Of a stretch of DNA of 64,000 nucleotides, positions 10,225-20,296 are shown one piece after another; the first letter of the stretch is position 1, and the number at the start of each line of letters is the position of its first letter. The notes under the pieces were generated by a model. It saw nothing but the letters and a program-made list of their open reading frames with translations. It had not been told where the DNA came from and ran no database searches. Both the position numbers and the translations under genes were made by a program. Source of the DNA: Candidatus Kapaibacterium sp. (GTDB taxonomy: Bacteria > Bacteroidota > Ignavibacteria > Kapaibacteriales > UBA2268); NCBI GenBank assembly GCA_937927515.1, contig CALBDO010000001.1:21773-85772 (forward strand), written 5' to 3'.

Positions 10225-11046
10225 ATGAACATTACGACAAAAGTAACGCTAAATAATGGGATTAAAATTCCAGTTTTAGGTTTGGGCACATACAAAATGC
10301 AGCCAGGCGAGGAGACTTACAACTCTTGCCTTTGGGCTTTAGAAATTGGATATCGTCATATCGACACAGCAACAATGTACAAAAATGAAGGAGATATCGG
10401 GAGAGCAATTCGAGACTCTGGATTAGAGAGACAAGAAATTTTTATTACCACCAAAATCTGGAACGACGACCAAGGCTATGACAATACTCTGCGAGCAGTT
10501 GAACGAAGCTTAAAACTCTTAAATTCTGATTATATTGACTTAGAGCTTATTCACTGGCCAGTTCCCAAGTTGCGTAAAGAAACTTGGAAAGCCCTCGAAA
10601 AATTGTATGATGAGGGCATTTGCTCCGCAATTGGGGTAAGCAACTACACCATATCACATTTACAAGAACTTTTTAATTATGCAAATGTAATGCCTGTCGT
10701 TAATCAGGTAGAGTTTTCACCTTTTATTTATCAAAAGGAACTTTTGGAATTTTGCGAAGAAAACAACATTAAAATTCAAGCATATTCACCATTGGCAAGA
10801 GGTAGAAAATTCGACCATCCGGTATTAGTGGAACTTTCAAAGAAATACAATAAAACCCCAGCCCAAATTATGATACGCTGGGCGTTGCAAGTTGGTACAA
10901 TTGTCATACCTAAATCTTCAAACAAAAGTCGGATTCAAGAAAATGCAAATGTTTTTGACTTCGAAATCGAAAAAGAAGATTTTCTTAAATTAAGTTCTTT
11001 AAACGAAGGTTTCCGTGTTTCCTGGAATCCAGAAAACGTTGAGTAA
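10225..11046 (+). CDS. Aldo/keto reductase (AKR5-like)
   Basis: GLGTY, GYRHIDTATMY, FITTKIW, DLELIHWP, IGVSNY, IPKS. Confidence 0.93.
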   Translation: MNITTKVTLNNGIKIPVLGLGTYKMQPGEETYNSCLWALEIGYRHIDTATMYKNEGDIGRAIRDSGLERQEIFITTKIWNDDQGYDNTLRAVERSLKLLNSDYIDLELIHWPVPKLRKETWKALEKLYDEGICSAIGVSNYTISHLQELFNYANVMPVVNQVEFSPFIYQKELLEFCEENNIKIQAYSPLARGRKFDHPVLVELSKKYNKTPAQIMIRWALQVGTIVIPKSSNKSRIQENANVFDFEIEKEDFLKLSSLNEGFRVSWNPENVE

Positions 11047-11048
11047 AT

Positions 11049-12491
11049 ATGACACCCAAAGAATTTAAAAAATATGGCTACTTTTTGACGGATTGGATTG
11101 AAAATTTCTACCAAAACATTAGAAACTATCCCGTAAAATCTTCTGTAAAACCAAGAGAAATCTTCGAAAATCTAGCAGATACAATTCCGGAGGAGCCAGA
11201 GCCTTTTGAAGTGATTTTTAAAGATTTCGAAGATATGATTTTAAAAGGGCTAACTCATTGGCAACATCCACGTTTTTTTGCATATTTCCCAGCCAACACA
11301 AGTTTCTCCTCAATTTTAGGCGAATATCTCACATCCGCTCTTGGTGTTCAAGCCATGATGTGGTTAACTTCGCCCGCAGCTACTGAACTTGAAGAAAAGA
11401 TGATTATTTGGCTGAGAGATGCACTTGGAATTTCAAAAGAATTCACAGGTTGTATTCAAGACACTGCTTCGACTTCAACTCTTGTTTCCATTCTCACGGC
11501 TAGAGAAAAAGCTTCAAATTTCAATATTAATAAATATGGATTCAACCACTCTTATAAATACACAGTTTATTGCTCAACCGAAGCACATTCTTCAATTGAA
11601 AAAGCAGTAAAAATAGCCGGCATAGGAAGTGAAAACTTAAGGAAGATTCCAGTAAACAAAGATTTTTCTTTACGCGCTGATTTACTTGAGCAAAGAATTA
11701 AAGACGATATATCAAAGGGATTTCAACCTCTTTGTGTAATTGGTGCCCTCGGAACAACTGGAAGCACTGCTATCGACCCTCTTAAAGAAATCGGAGAAAT
11801 TGCACAAAAGTATAATATTTGGTACCACATCGATGGTGCAATGGTAGGTTCTGCTCTTATTCTACCGGAATTTAAGTATCTTGTCGATGGAATAAATTTC
11901 GCCGATACATTTGTGTTCAATCCTCATAAATGGCTATTCACTAACTTCGACTGTTCGATATACTTTATCAAAAACAAAGAATTATTACTGCAAACATTCC
12001 AGATAACACCGCCTTACTTACAAACCGATGTTGATAATCTTGTTAACAACTATCGAGATTGGGGCATTCAACTTGGCAGAAGGTTCCGTGCATTAAAATT
12101 ATGGTTTGTCCTGCGTAGCTATGGCCTCAGCGGGTTAAAGAACACACTGCGCTTTCATTTAAATCTTGCTAATCAACTTAAGGAATTAATTGGGAAAGAC
12201 TGTAGGTTTGAATTACTTGCCCCAGCAAATTTTACAACAATTTGTTTTCGATTTAAACCAAAGAACTTGTCGGAGGAACAAATAAACGCTATAAATAAAA
12301 AACTTCTGGACGAGATAAACAGCTCTGGTTTTGCATTTCTCTCTCACACAATGTTAAATGGGAAATTTGCATTAAGATTTTCAATAGGTCAAACTTACAC
12401 CCAACTTGATGATGCATTAGAAACTTGGAATCTAATTCAAAAGGTCGCAGAAAGGTTAGAAAAAAATGGCACGAAAACCGAAGCACTTTAA
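11049..12491 (+). CDS. PLP-dependent group II decarboxylase, aromatic-L-amino-acid decarboxylase-like
   Basis: THWQHPRFFAYFP, SPAATELE, AHSSIEKA, NPHKWL (PLP lysine), DWGIQLGRRFRALKLWF. Confidence 0.9.
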   Translation: MTPKEFKKYGYFLTDWIENFYQNIRNYPVKSSVKPREIFENLADTIPEEPEPFEVIFKDFEDMILKGLTHWQHPRFFAYFPANTSFSSILGEYLTSALGVQAMMWLTSPAATELEEKMIIWLRDALGISKEFTGCIQDTASTSTLVSILTAREKASNFNINKYGFNHSYKYTVYCSTEAHSSIEKAVKIAGIGSENLRKIPVNKDFSLRADLLEQRIKDDISKGFQPLCVIGALGTTGSTAIDPLKEIGEIAQKYNIWYHIDGAMVGSALILPEFKYLVDGINFADTFVFNPHKWLFTNFDCSIYFIKNKELLLQTFQITPPYLQTDVDNLVNNYRDWGIQLGRRFRALKLWFVLRSYGLSGLKNTLRFHLNLANQLKELIGKDCRFELLAPANFTTICFRFKPKNLSEEQINAINKKLLDEINSSGFAFLSHTMLNGKFALRFSIGQTYTQLDDALETWNLIQKVAERLEKNGTKTEAL

Positions 12492-13752
12492 ATTAAAAGG
12501 AACAAATTATAATATTTTCCAACCTGAGGTTAAACAAACCAAATTAGATAATCAAATACTTGTCATAACAGAAAAAATACCTTACTTTAATTCTTTTGCG
12601 TTGGGAATTGGAGTACGAGCTGGTTCCAGAGATGATTTTGTTGGCAAAGAAGGGATATCACATTTTTTGGAACACTGTGTTTTCAGAAGAACGAAGAATT
12701 ACGAGTCTAAACAAATCAATGAACTTTTTGAAAAATATGGAGCATATGCTAATGCCTTCACAACCAAAGAGTATACAACATATTACGTCAGAGCTTTAAA
12801 TGACAATTTCGAGAAAGTCTGGAATTTAATGAAAGAAATAGTCTTCGAGCCAAAATTTGACAAAAAAGATATTTCAAAAGAAAAGTCAATTGTCAAAGAA
12901 GAAGTTCGTTCATATACCGAAGACCCGGAAGAAGAGATATTTGATATCACCGATAAATATCTTTTTCGACACTCAAGGCTAAGCCATCCCATTGTTGGTA
13001 CCATTCATAGTTTGAGCAACATCGGAATAGAGGATTTAATTAATTTCTATGAAAGACATTACTTGCCTTCTCAAATAGTAATTTCATATGTTGGTGGATT
13101 CACCCATGACGTAATAGTTGACTTTGTCAATCGAAATACCAATACAAGTTTCCTAAAAGCCGAGCACCACGTCAGGGATAAAATTTCCTTCAAACCCATG
13201 ACCTTTCACAAAAAGTTGAAGCGACAGTTCTTGCAAACTCATATTTCGATTGCAAAGGTTTTGCCAAATCTACCTACTCGAGAAAGATACATTTGTGCAT
13301 TAGCCAATTTGTTATTAGGGGATTGCTCGAGTAGCAGACTCTATAGATGCTTGCGGGAAAAAAGTGGTCTCGTGTATAATGTATTCTCAATTTTTACTTC
13401 ATACTCTGATTGTTCAGCAGTTTACATTTACTCTACTACAAATCCATCCAAAAGCTCTAAAACAGTTGATAGAACTTATAATGAGTTAGAAACCTTACAT
13501 AAATTTGGTTTCAGCGAATCAGAGCTTATTCTTGCAAAAGAACAAATTAAATCCTCTACCATCATGGCATTAGAAAATTATTCCGAGAGGCTTCAAGGAA
13601 TAATTAAATCAAAGTTGGTATTCGGGGAGTACGAATCACTTCCAGAGACAATAAGTACAATCGACTCTATCTCTCTTGATGAATTAAACAATTTTATTCA
13701 AAAATACTTTGAACCAAATAGTTGGTCTAGTATAGTTTTCGAACCTAAATAA
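12466..13752 (+). CDS. M16 (pitrilysin family) zinc peptidase
   Basis: AGSRDD, inverted zinc motif HFLEH, NAFTTKE, SSRLY..LREKSGLVY; no signal peptide. Confidence 0.9.
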   Translation: MARKPKHFKLKGTNYNIFQPEVKQTKLDNQILVITEKIPYFNSFALGIGVRAGSRDDFVGKEGISHFLEHCVFRRTKNYESKQINELFEKYGAYANAFTTKEYTTYYVRALNDNFEKVWNLMKEIVFEPKFDKKDISKEKSIVKEEVRSYTEDPEEEIFDITDKYLFRHSRLSHPIVGTIHSLSNIGIEDLINFYERHYLPSQIVISYVGGFTHDVIVDFVNRNTNTSFLKAEHHVRDKISFKPMTFHKKLKRQFLQTHISIAKVLPNLPTRERYICALANLLLGDCSSSRLYRCLREKSGLVYNVFSIFTSYSDCSAVYIYSTTNPSKSSKTVDRTYNELETLHKFGFSESELILAKEQIKSSTIMALENYSERLQGIIKSKLVFGEYESLPETISTIDSISLDELNNFIQKYFEPNSWSSIVFEPK

Positions 13753-13753
13753 A

Positions 13754-16012
13754 CTACTTTTTGTTTTTGCAATGCTTTTCTAAGAAATCAAAAACTTCAT
13801 AGTACCAGAGTATCTGCTCTTGTGGTTTCGTTATCCAATGTCCCATTGTTGGGAAAACTAATAATTTAGAAGGTATATTATTCAGTTGAGCTACGGTAAA
13901 AGCTTCTAAGCTTTGAGTATATGGAACTCGGAAATCTCTCTCTCCCGTTGAAATTAATATAGGCGTATCCCAATACTTTGCATATTTATGAGGAGATTGT
14001 CTTTCGTAAACCTCTCTGTTTTTTGATTCCCAATAAGGTCCACCAAATTCCCAATTGGGGAACCATAATTCTTCCGTCGAGCCATATTTACTCTCAAGGT
14101 TAAAAACACCACAATGGGAAACAAATGCCGAAAAACGTTTCTTGTGGTTGCCAGCAAGCCAAAATACTGCATATCCACCAGCGCTTGCGCCAACAGCAGC
14201 TTTTCTTGTGGCATCAACAAAAGGTAGTTTACTAATTGAATCAGTTGCCGAGAGGATATCATCCATCGGCTTACCAGCCCAGTCTCTATTAATAGCATCT
14301 ACCCAGTCTTGACCGAAGCCCGGCACTCCACGACGGTTTGGTGCTACTACAATATAACCTTGCGAAGCAAAAAGGAATAAATTCCATCGGTAACTAAAGT
14401 ATTGACTTATTGTCGACTGTGGTCCGCCCTGGCAATATACAATCATTGGATATTTTTTAGTCGAGTCAAAATCTGGTGGGAACAACACCCAAGTATGTAT
14501 TTTTTTGTTGTCTTTGCTGGTAATCCAGTACTCAGAAATTTTTATCGATTTGATATTTCTATATATGTCCTCATTTTCAAATGTATGTTGGAATATTGGT
14601 GCATTCGGACTTGACAAAATTGTCGAGAAAATTTCGAATGGTCTTAGCATATTTCTTCGACCAAAGTATAATTTTTCACCGTCTGGGGATATATCGAGTC
14701 CCCCATCACAATTAAACCAGCCCTTTGTAATAATTTTCCAAAATCCATCTGAAATGTCGATTTCATAGATTTGAACTGTTCCACCATCCTCGGCTGAAAA
14801 GTAGATTTTTTTGCTATTTGGATGCCATACAAAATCACCAACCCATTGGTCAAGTTTCCATGATAATTCTGTGATTTTTTTGGTCTTACGATTATACAAC
14901 ATTAACCTCGAGCGGTCGCTTTCATAACCGCCTCTTTTCATACTAAGGAATGCAATCCAAAGCCCATCGGGCGAATAAACTGGATTTTTGTCGTAACCAG
15001 GCATTCCTTTTGTCACATTTTCTGTCGTTTTAGTCTCAACATTATAAATGAATATGTCGGTATTTGTACTTAGGGCATAGTCATCTACTTTTTTACATGA
15101 ATAAGCAAGTTCCTTAGAATCGGGCGACCAAGCATATTGCTCTGAACCACCAAAAGGTGGGTCTGGTACATCAAAAGGTTCATTGGGCATTATATCAACG
15201 GGAACACCGCTATCGACTTGAACAATGAATAAATGCGATTTGAACTCATCTTCCCATGTATCCCAATGTCTAACTGGAAGTTTTTCATATATTCTAACAT
15301 TGGCTTTTCCGAGATATGGATATTTATCCGAAGGTGTTTGAAATACTTTAATATCACTTGTAAATGCAAGCATTTTACCATTTGGAGCTAATTTGAAACT
15401 AGTTACATCGTTGTCAAAATTAGTTATTTGCTTTTTTTCTTTAGTTAATACATCTATTCTGTGAATTTGTTTTTTACCAGTTGAATTTGTGATGTAATAA
15501 ACATACCTACCGGTATTATCCCATTGATAGTCAGTTATCATGAATTGAGAGTCTTTCGTTAGGTTTTCTTTTTCACCAGTCTCAAGATTAAGCAAAAACA
15601 AATCGTTTTGCATAGAATTTTCTTTTATGTTTGGTGTTGACACAGAATACAATAAACTTTTGCCATTTGGAGACAATTTAGGATGACCAACTCTTTTGAG
15701 TGAAAGTAAAAGCTCTGGTGTGAAAGTAATGTTACCATTATATGTGAACATTGGTTCAAATTGGAAGTATTTCCACCCCGAGTCGATTATAAATCTTTGA
15801 AGTTTTACATTAAACAATTCCAACAATTCTTCCCTACTCATTTCCTGGACTTGCTGAAAGTCATAATTCATTAAAAATATCGGCACGAAAGGGATTTTCT
15901 CTGGCGGCATGTTTCTCATAATAGAATCAAGCACTGGGTTCATTTTCGGTTGAGTAAATCCAATATTAATTATTGCCAAAAGAAATACTGCAGTGAATAA
16001 TGTTTTTTTCAT
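13754..16012 (-). CDS. S9 family peptidase (dipeptidyl-peptidase 5-like), exported
   Basis: Signal peptide, PD40/TolB-like propeller repeats, VRHWDTW, QGGPQ, GASAGG nucleophile, DFRVP, GHW. Confidence 0.92.
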   Translation of the reverse strand: MKKTLFTAVFLLAIINIGFTQPKMNPVLDSIMRNMPPEKIPFVPIFLMNYDFQQVQEMSREELLELFNVKLQRFIIDSGWKYFQFEPMFTYNGNITFTPELLLSLKRVGHPKLSPNGKSLLYSVSTPNIKENSMQNDLFLLNLETGEKENLTKDSQFMITDYQWDNTGRYVYYITNSTGKKQIHRIDVLTKEKKQITNFDNDVTSFKLAPNGKMLAFTSDIKVFQTPSDKYPYLGKANVRIYEKLPVRHWDTWEDEFKSHLFIVQVDSGVPVDIMPNEPFDVPDPPFGGSEQYAWSPDSKELAYSCKKVDDYALSTNTDIFIYNVETKTTENVTKGMPGYDKNPVYSPDGLWIAFLSMKRGGYESDRSRLMLYNRKTKKITELSWKLDQWVGDFVWHPNSKKIYFSAEDGGTVQIYEIDISDGFWKIITKGWFNCDGGLDISPDGEKLYFGRRNMLRPFEIFSTILSSPNAPIFQHTFENEDIYRNIKSIKISEYWITSKDNKKIHTWVLFPPDFDSTKKYPMIVYCQGGPQSTISQYFSYRWNLFLFASQGYIVVAPNRRGVPGFGQDWVDAINRDWAGKPMDDILSATDSISKLPFVDATRKAAVGASAGGYAVFWLAGNHKKRFSAFVSHCGVFNLESKYGSTEELWFPNWEFGGPYWESKNREVYERQSPHKYAKYWDTPILISTGERDFRVPYTQSLEAFTVAQLNNIPSKLLVFPTMGHWITKPQEQILWYYEVFDFLEKHCKNKK

Positions 16013-16040
16013 TTCTCAATTATTTTTAATTTTACAAATA

Positions 16041-16048
16041 CAAAATTA
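16041..16048 (-). promoter_or_regulatory. Bacteroidota-type -7 promoter box (TAATTTTG) for the S9 peptidase
   Basis: CAAAATTA on + matches TAnnTTTG on -, 28 nt upstream of the ATG. Confidence 0.5.
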
Positions 16049-16094
16049 ATCACAAATGATTAGCTAAAGGTTTTGATGTTTAAGATGATAAAAT

Positions 16095-16697
16095 ATGAAA
16101 AAATTAAGAATTGGATTTTTAGCCTCGCATAACGGAAGTAATATGCAAGCGATAATTGATGCCATTAAAAAAGGTGAACTCGATGCTGAACCAGCTGTTG
16201 TTATATCTAACAATTCAAATGCTTATGCTTTGGAAAGAGCAAAAAAAGAAGGAATACCAGCCTACCATATAAGTTCTAAACATTTTGAAACAGAAGAACA
16301 ACTCGACCAAGAGATATTGAATACTTTAATTAAACACAACGTAAACATTGTATGCCTTGCTGGATATATGAAAAAAATTGGTCCGAAAGTTCTAGCACAT
16401 TTCAAAAACAGAGTCTTAAATATACATCCCGCTTTGCTGCCAAAATTCGGTGGCAAAGGTATGTTTGGAAGATATGTACACGAAGCAGTTTTGAAAGCTG
16501 GTGAAAAGCAAAGTGGCTGTACTGTTCATATTGTTGATGAACATTATGACCATGGTAAAATTCTCGGGCAAAGGGTTGTACCAGTTTTAGCAGAGGACAC
16601 CGTAGAAACTCTTTCACAAAAAGTATTAGAGGAAGAACATAAGTTGTATCCCGAGGTATTGCAAAAAATTGCTAATGGAGAAATCGAACTGGATTAA
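16095..16697 (+). CDS. purN: Phosphoribosylglycinamide formyltransferase
   Basis: GSNMQAI, LAGYMK, NIHPALLPKFGG, SGCTVH, YDHG. Confidence 0.95.
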   Translation: MKKLRIGFLASHNGSNMQAIIDAIKKGELDAEPAVVISNNSNAYALERAKKEGIPAYHISSKHFETEEQLDQEILNTLIKHNVNIVCLAGYMKKIGPKVLAHFKNRVLNIHPALLPKFGGKGMFGRYVHEAVLKAGEKQSGCTVHIVDEHYDHGKILGQRVVPVLAEDTVETLSQKVLEEEHKLYPEVLQKIANGEIELD

Positions 16698-17425
16698 AAT
16701 CTATCTAAGTGATAGCCACCATCAACATTTAAAATTTGTCCAGTAATAAAATTGCTACATGTCGCAAAGAAATAAACTGCATCAAAGATGTCTAATGCAT
16801 TGCCATATCGTTGCATAGGAATTTTGTTAACTTCTATAAGAGGAGCATCTATGTCGTTGGGCTCGAAGGGAAGAAGAATTGAACCGGGATTCACGCAGTT
16901 TACAGTAATTTTAGGGGCAAGTTCTTTTGCAAGCGATTTAGTTAATTGAATCACCCCAGCTTTTGAAATGTTGTAGGGTATTCGTCCCTTCCAAGTTTCT
17001 ATTCCGCCAAGTGACCCAATGTTTATAATTCTGGCACCAACGGGGGCATACTTTGAAAATATTTTAGAAATGAATAAATAAGCTTTCAAATTTATTGTTA
17101 AAGTCTTGTCCCAAATATCCTCGTCCAGTTCCTCTAAATTTCTTTTTTGAGGAAAAATTGCAGCATTGTTTACAAGGACGTCTGGAATGCAAACTTCTTT
17201 GAAAAAGTTCTCAAAAGTTTCAATTGCAGATTTTATGTTAACTAAATTGCTCTGAAAATATTCTACCTTCACACCAAAGTTTTTAAGTATGTATTTCTCT
17301 AAATTTTGGACGTCTTCAAACGATGTGTTGAAATGAATAAGAACCTTCCACCCTTTGCGGGCGAATTCTATAGCTAAACCTTTACCTATTCTTCGGCCCG
17401 CTCCTGTTATTAAAACTGATGGCAT
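16694..17425 (-). CDS. SDR family oxidoreductase, pteridine reductase (FolM/PTR1)-like
   Basis: TGAGRRIG (Arg in the cofactor loop is typical of pteridine reductases), NNAA, YNISK, TGQILNVDGG. Confidence 0.8.
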   Translation of the reverse strand: MPSVLITGAGRRIGKGLAIEFARKGWKVLIHFNTSFEDVQNLEKYILKNFGVKVEYFQSNLVNIKSAIETFENFFKEVCIPDVLVNNAAIFPQKRNLEELDEDIWDKTLTINLKAYLFISKIFSKYAPVGARIINIGSLGGIETWKGRIPYNISKAGVIQLTKSLAKELAPKITVNCVNPGSILLPFEPNDIDAPLIEVNKIPMQRYGNALDIFDAVYFFATCSNFITGQILNVDGGYHLDRF

Positions 17426-17441
17426 TATTAAGTAATAAAGT

Positions 17442-17449
17442 TAAATTTG
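17442..17449 (+). promoter_or_regulatory. -7 promoter box (TAAATTTG) for the S8 peptidase
   Basis: Matches TAnnTTTG, 30 nt upstream of ATG 17480. Confidence 0.45.
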
Positions 17450-17479
17450 TAATTTAATAATTTTACTCTGAACATTATT

Positions 17480-19510
17480 ATGAAATCTTTATTCTTAATA
17501 ATCTTTATTCTTCTTAGTTCTATCAGCACAAGCGTTTGTGAAAAATATAGAATCTTTCTAAAAGACAAAGGTTCTACTCAATTCTTCAAAGGAAGTGAAC
17601 TTTACTCCAAAGCTGTTAATTCATTGTCTGAGAGAGCAATCCAGAGAAGATTGAAAATATTTCCACCAGACTCGTTTGTCTCTATCGAGGATTCTCCAAT
17701 TAGTGATATTTACCTAAACAAAATTCAGCAAATTGGTGTAAAAATTTTATTGAAATTAAAATGGTTAAACTATGTTGTTATCGAAGCAAATAAGAAACAA
17801 ATTTCAGAAATTCAAAAGTATGATTTTGTCAAGCTTGTTCAGCCGATTGGAGAAAAAATCCCGCAAGAAATTACACACAAAATTACCTCAAACCAATTCC
17901 CACCGAATATATCTAAATTTCTTTTCCTTAATCAATTGAATATAGACAAATATGGTGAAAGCCTAAATCAACTGAAAATGCTAAATATTGATAAGTTACA
18001 ATCTCTTGGTATTTTGGGCGACAGTATAATTCTTGGGATAATTGATACTGGATTTCGCTGGAAAGAAAACAAAATTTTTCAACACACAAATGTATTGGCT
18101 GAGTATGATTTCATCTTTAATGACAAAGTCACCGAAAACGAATCGATTGATACATCAATACAAGACAACCATGGAACAATGGTCTTTTCAATAATTTCGG
18201 GCATCAAGGACAGATATCTACTTGGAAGTGCACCATTTGCTAATTTCGTTTTAGCAAAGACCGAGGATATCCGTGTCGAAAGTCATTTCGAAGAGGACTG
18301 CTTTGCAGCTTCAATTGAATGGATGGATTCGCTCGGTGTCGACATTATCACATCTTCCCTTGGTTATTCCAAATTTGACTCCGCAGAGGCCAGTTACCAC
18401 TTTGAAGAATTTAATGGAAAAACCACTCTGGTATCAGCTTATGCAAATAGGGCAAAGAATGTTGGGATTGTTATGATTTCTTCTGCTGGTAACAAAGGAC
18501 CACGCGATTCATCAATACAAGCTCCTGCCGAGGCTCTTGGTGAAATTGCTATTGGTGCTGTTAATCCAAGCGCAGATTCTATACTTAACTTTTCCTCACG
18601 CGGTCCAACTTACGATGGTCGTATTAAACCAGACTTTGTTGCTCAGGGTAATTTTGTAATTTGTTCACCAGCTTTTCCATTCGACACAGTTATCTATGGA
18701 AGCGGTACATCCGTTGCAGCTCCTATTTTCGCAGGGGGTGTTGCATCGCTACTTTCAACTTTTGAAGAATTGACCCCAGAAACCTTGTACGACCTATTAA
18801 AAAATAATGCTTCAAGAAAAGACAATCCTGACAATTCTTGGGGCTTTGGAATAGTTGACTTTTACAAATTAGCTCTGGATTATGATATAGTAATCTCTCC
18901 ACCGATAACCTTCTATACAAGCGACAGACAAAGAATTGTTTTCAAGATTAATTCCAAAAATCAAATCAATTATGCTAAAATTTTCTACAAACCCAGTTTA
19001 AATACAGAATTTTCGTTTTCATACTTAAAGAACAATCCTGGCACAGATGAATACTTTTTCGATTTATATCTAAATTCGGGTGATAATTTGTATGATATTT
19101 ATGTTTTAGTTGAAACTATGGATGGCAGGACAAGAAGAAAACCCTACTTTGAAGATAAATATTTTAAAATCAAAATACAAGAAAATTCCAAAAACTTCTT
19201 TGTCTTGGAAAATTCTATCTTGAAGATAGAAGACTTTTCAACATCTGAGAAAATCAAAATTTACCCAACTATTTTAACAAATAGTAATGAATTAATCATC
19301 AATTTCGGAGATTCACAAGCAGACCTGGCAAAGGTCGAAGTCATCAACATCCTTGGAGAGGTTATGTTAATTATCAAATCATCGAAAAGCCATTCGTTCC
19401 TCGGTTTCGAAAAGATAAATCTGGACATGTTAAATAATGGAATTTATTTTTTAAGGATTACTACTACAGAGGGAATAACAGAATTTTTAACGTTCTTTAA
19501 AGCCATCTAA
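17480..19510 (+). CDS. S8 subtilisin-like serine peptidase with T9SS-type C-terminal domain
   Basis: Catalytic triad IDTG / NHGT / GTSVAAP, SAGN oxyanion motif, FSSRGPT..GRIKPD, signal peptide, C-terminal IYPT...NILGE...LNNGIYFL. Confidence 0.92.
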   Translation: MKSLFLIIFILLSSISTSVCEKYRIFLKDKGSTQFFKGSELYSKAVNSLSERAIQRRLKIFPPDSFVSIEDSPISDIYLNKIQQIGVKILLKLKWLNYVVIEANKKQISEIQKYDFVKLVQPIGEKIPQEITHKITSNQFPPNISKFLFLNQLNIDKYGESLNQLKMLNIDKLQSLGILGDSIILGIIDTGFRWKENKIFQHTNVLAEYDFIFNDKVTENESIDTSIQDNHGTMVFSIISGIKDRYLLGSAPFANFVLAKTEDIRVESHFEEDCFAASIEWMDSLGVDIITSSLGYSKFDSAEASYHFEEFNGKTTLVSAYANRAKNVGIVMISSAGNKGPRDSSIQAPAEALGEIAIGAVNPSADSILNFSSRGPTYDGRIKPDFVAQGNFVICSPAFPFDTVIYGSGTSVAAPIFAGGVASLLSTFEELTPETLYDLLKNNASRKDNPDNSWGFGIVDFYKLALDYDIVISPPITFYTSDRQRIVFKINSKNQINYAKIFYKPSLNTEFSFSYLKNNPGTDEYFFDLYLNSGDNLYDIYVLVETMDGRTRRKPYFEDKYFKIKIQENSKNFFVLENSILKIEDFSTSEKIKIYPTILTNSNELIINFGDSQADLAKVEVINILGEVMLIIKSSKSHSFLGFEKINLDMLNNGIYFLRITTTEGITEFLTFFKAI

Positions 19511-20296
19511 ATTGTGTATTTTTACCTCCATTTGTGGAAATGGTATCTGCACCCCGGAGTTGATAAGTTTATTCCTAATCACATCTTGTAAATAGTTTTT
19601 CATATCATACCATTTCTCAGTTGGTACCCAAAATCTAATATGGACATTTACGCTACTACTTGCAAATTCCTCTACAAAAACTTCAGGTTTTGGCACAGCC
19701 AAAACAAATTGTTCTAAGTCTAAAAATTTCAAAACAACTTCTTTCGCTTTTTCAAAATCATCTGAATAACGTATGCCTATTATATAATCAACTCTTCTTG
19801 CAATATTCTCTGTTAGGTTAGTTATTGCAGAAGTAAAAACCAGCTCATTGGGTATTCTTACAAATTCACCTTGAAAAGTTCGCATTATCGTTGATAGAAA
19901 TCTTATTTCCTCAACAATCCCAGAAAAATTATTGATTAGGACAGATTGTCCCATTTTAATTGGTCTTTCAAATATAAGAAACAATCCAGCAATAAAATTT
20001 CCTACGACTTTTTGAGCTGCAAAACCTATTATTATAGAAACTAAGCCTCCAAGTGCTAAAATACCAGTCAATTTGACACCAAAGTAGGTCAGAGCCAAAA
20101 TGGTATACAATACGATAAAACCCCAAAGAACAAATCTATTAAACACCAACAATGTTTGAAAAGAAATTTTGTCGCTTAATACGATTTTGAGCTTTTTTAG
20201 AACTAAGTTTATTAGAACAAGTAAAATCAAGAATATTACGATAACTACTGTTAACTCAATAATCTTTTCGGGAGTAAGGATATTAGCGATTTTCAT
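19487..20296 (-). CDS. Small-conductance mechanosensitive channel (MscS family)
   Basis: Three TM helices, GFAAQKVVGNFIAGLFLIFERPIKMG, VRIPN, GVQIPFPQ. Confidence 0.93.
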   Translation of the reverse strand: MKIANILTPEKIIELTVVIVIFLILLVLINLVLKKLKIVLSDKISFQTLLVFNRFVLWGFIVLYTILALTYFGVKLTGILALGGLVSIIIGFAAQKVVGNFIAGLFLIFERPIKMGQSVLINNFSGIVEEIRFLSTIMRTFQGEFVRIPNELVFTSAITNLTENIARRVDYIIGIRYSDDFEKAKEVVLKFLDLEQFVLAVPKPEVFVEEFASSSVNVHIRFWVPTEKWYDMKNYLQDVIRNKLINSGVQIPFPQMEVKIHNLDGFKER

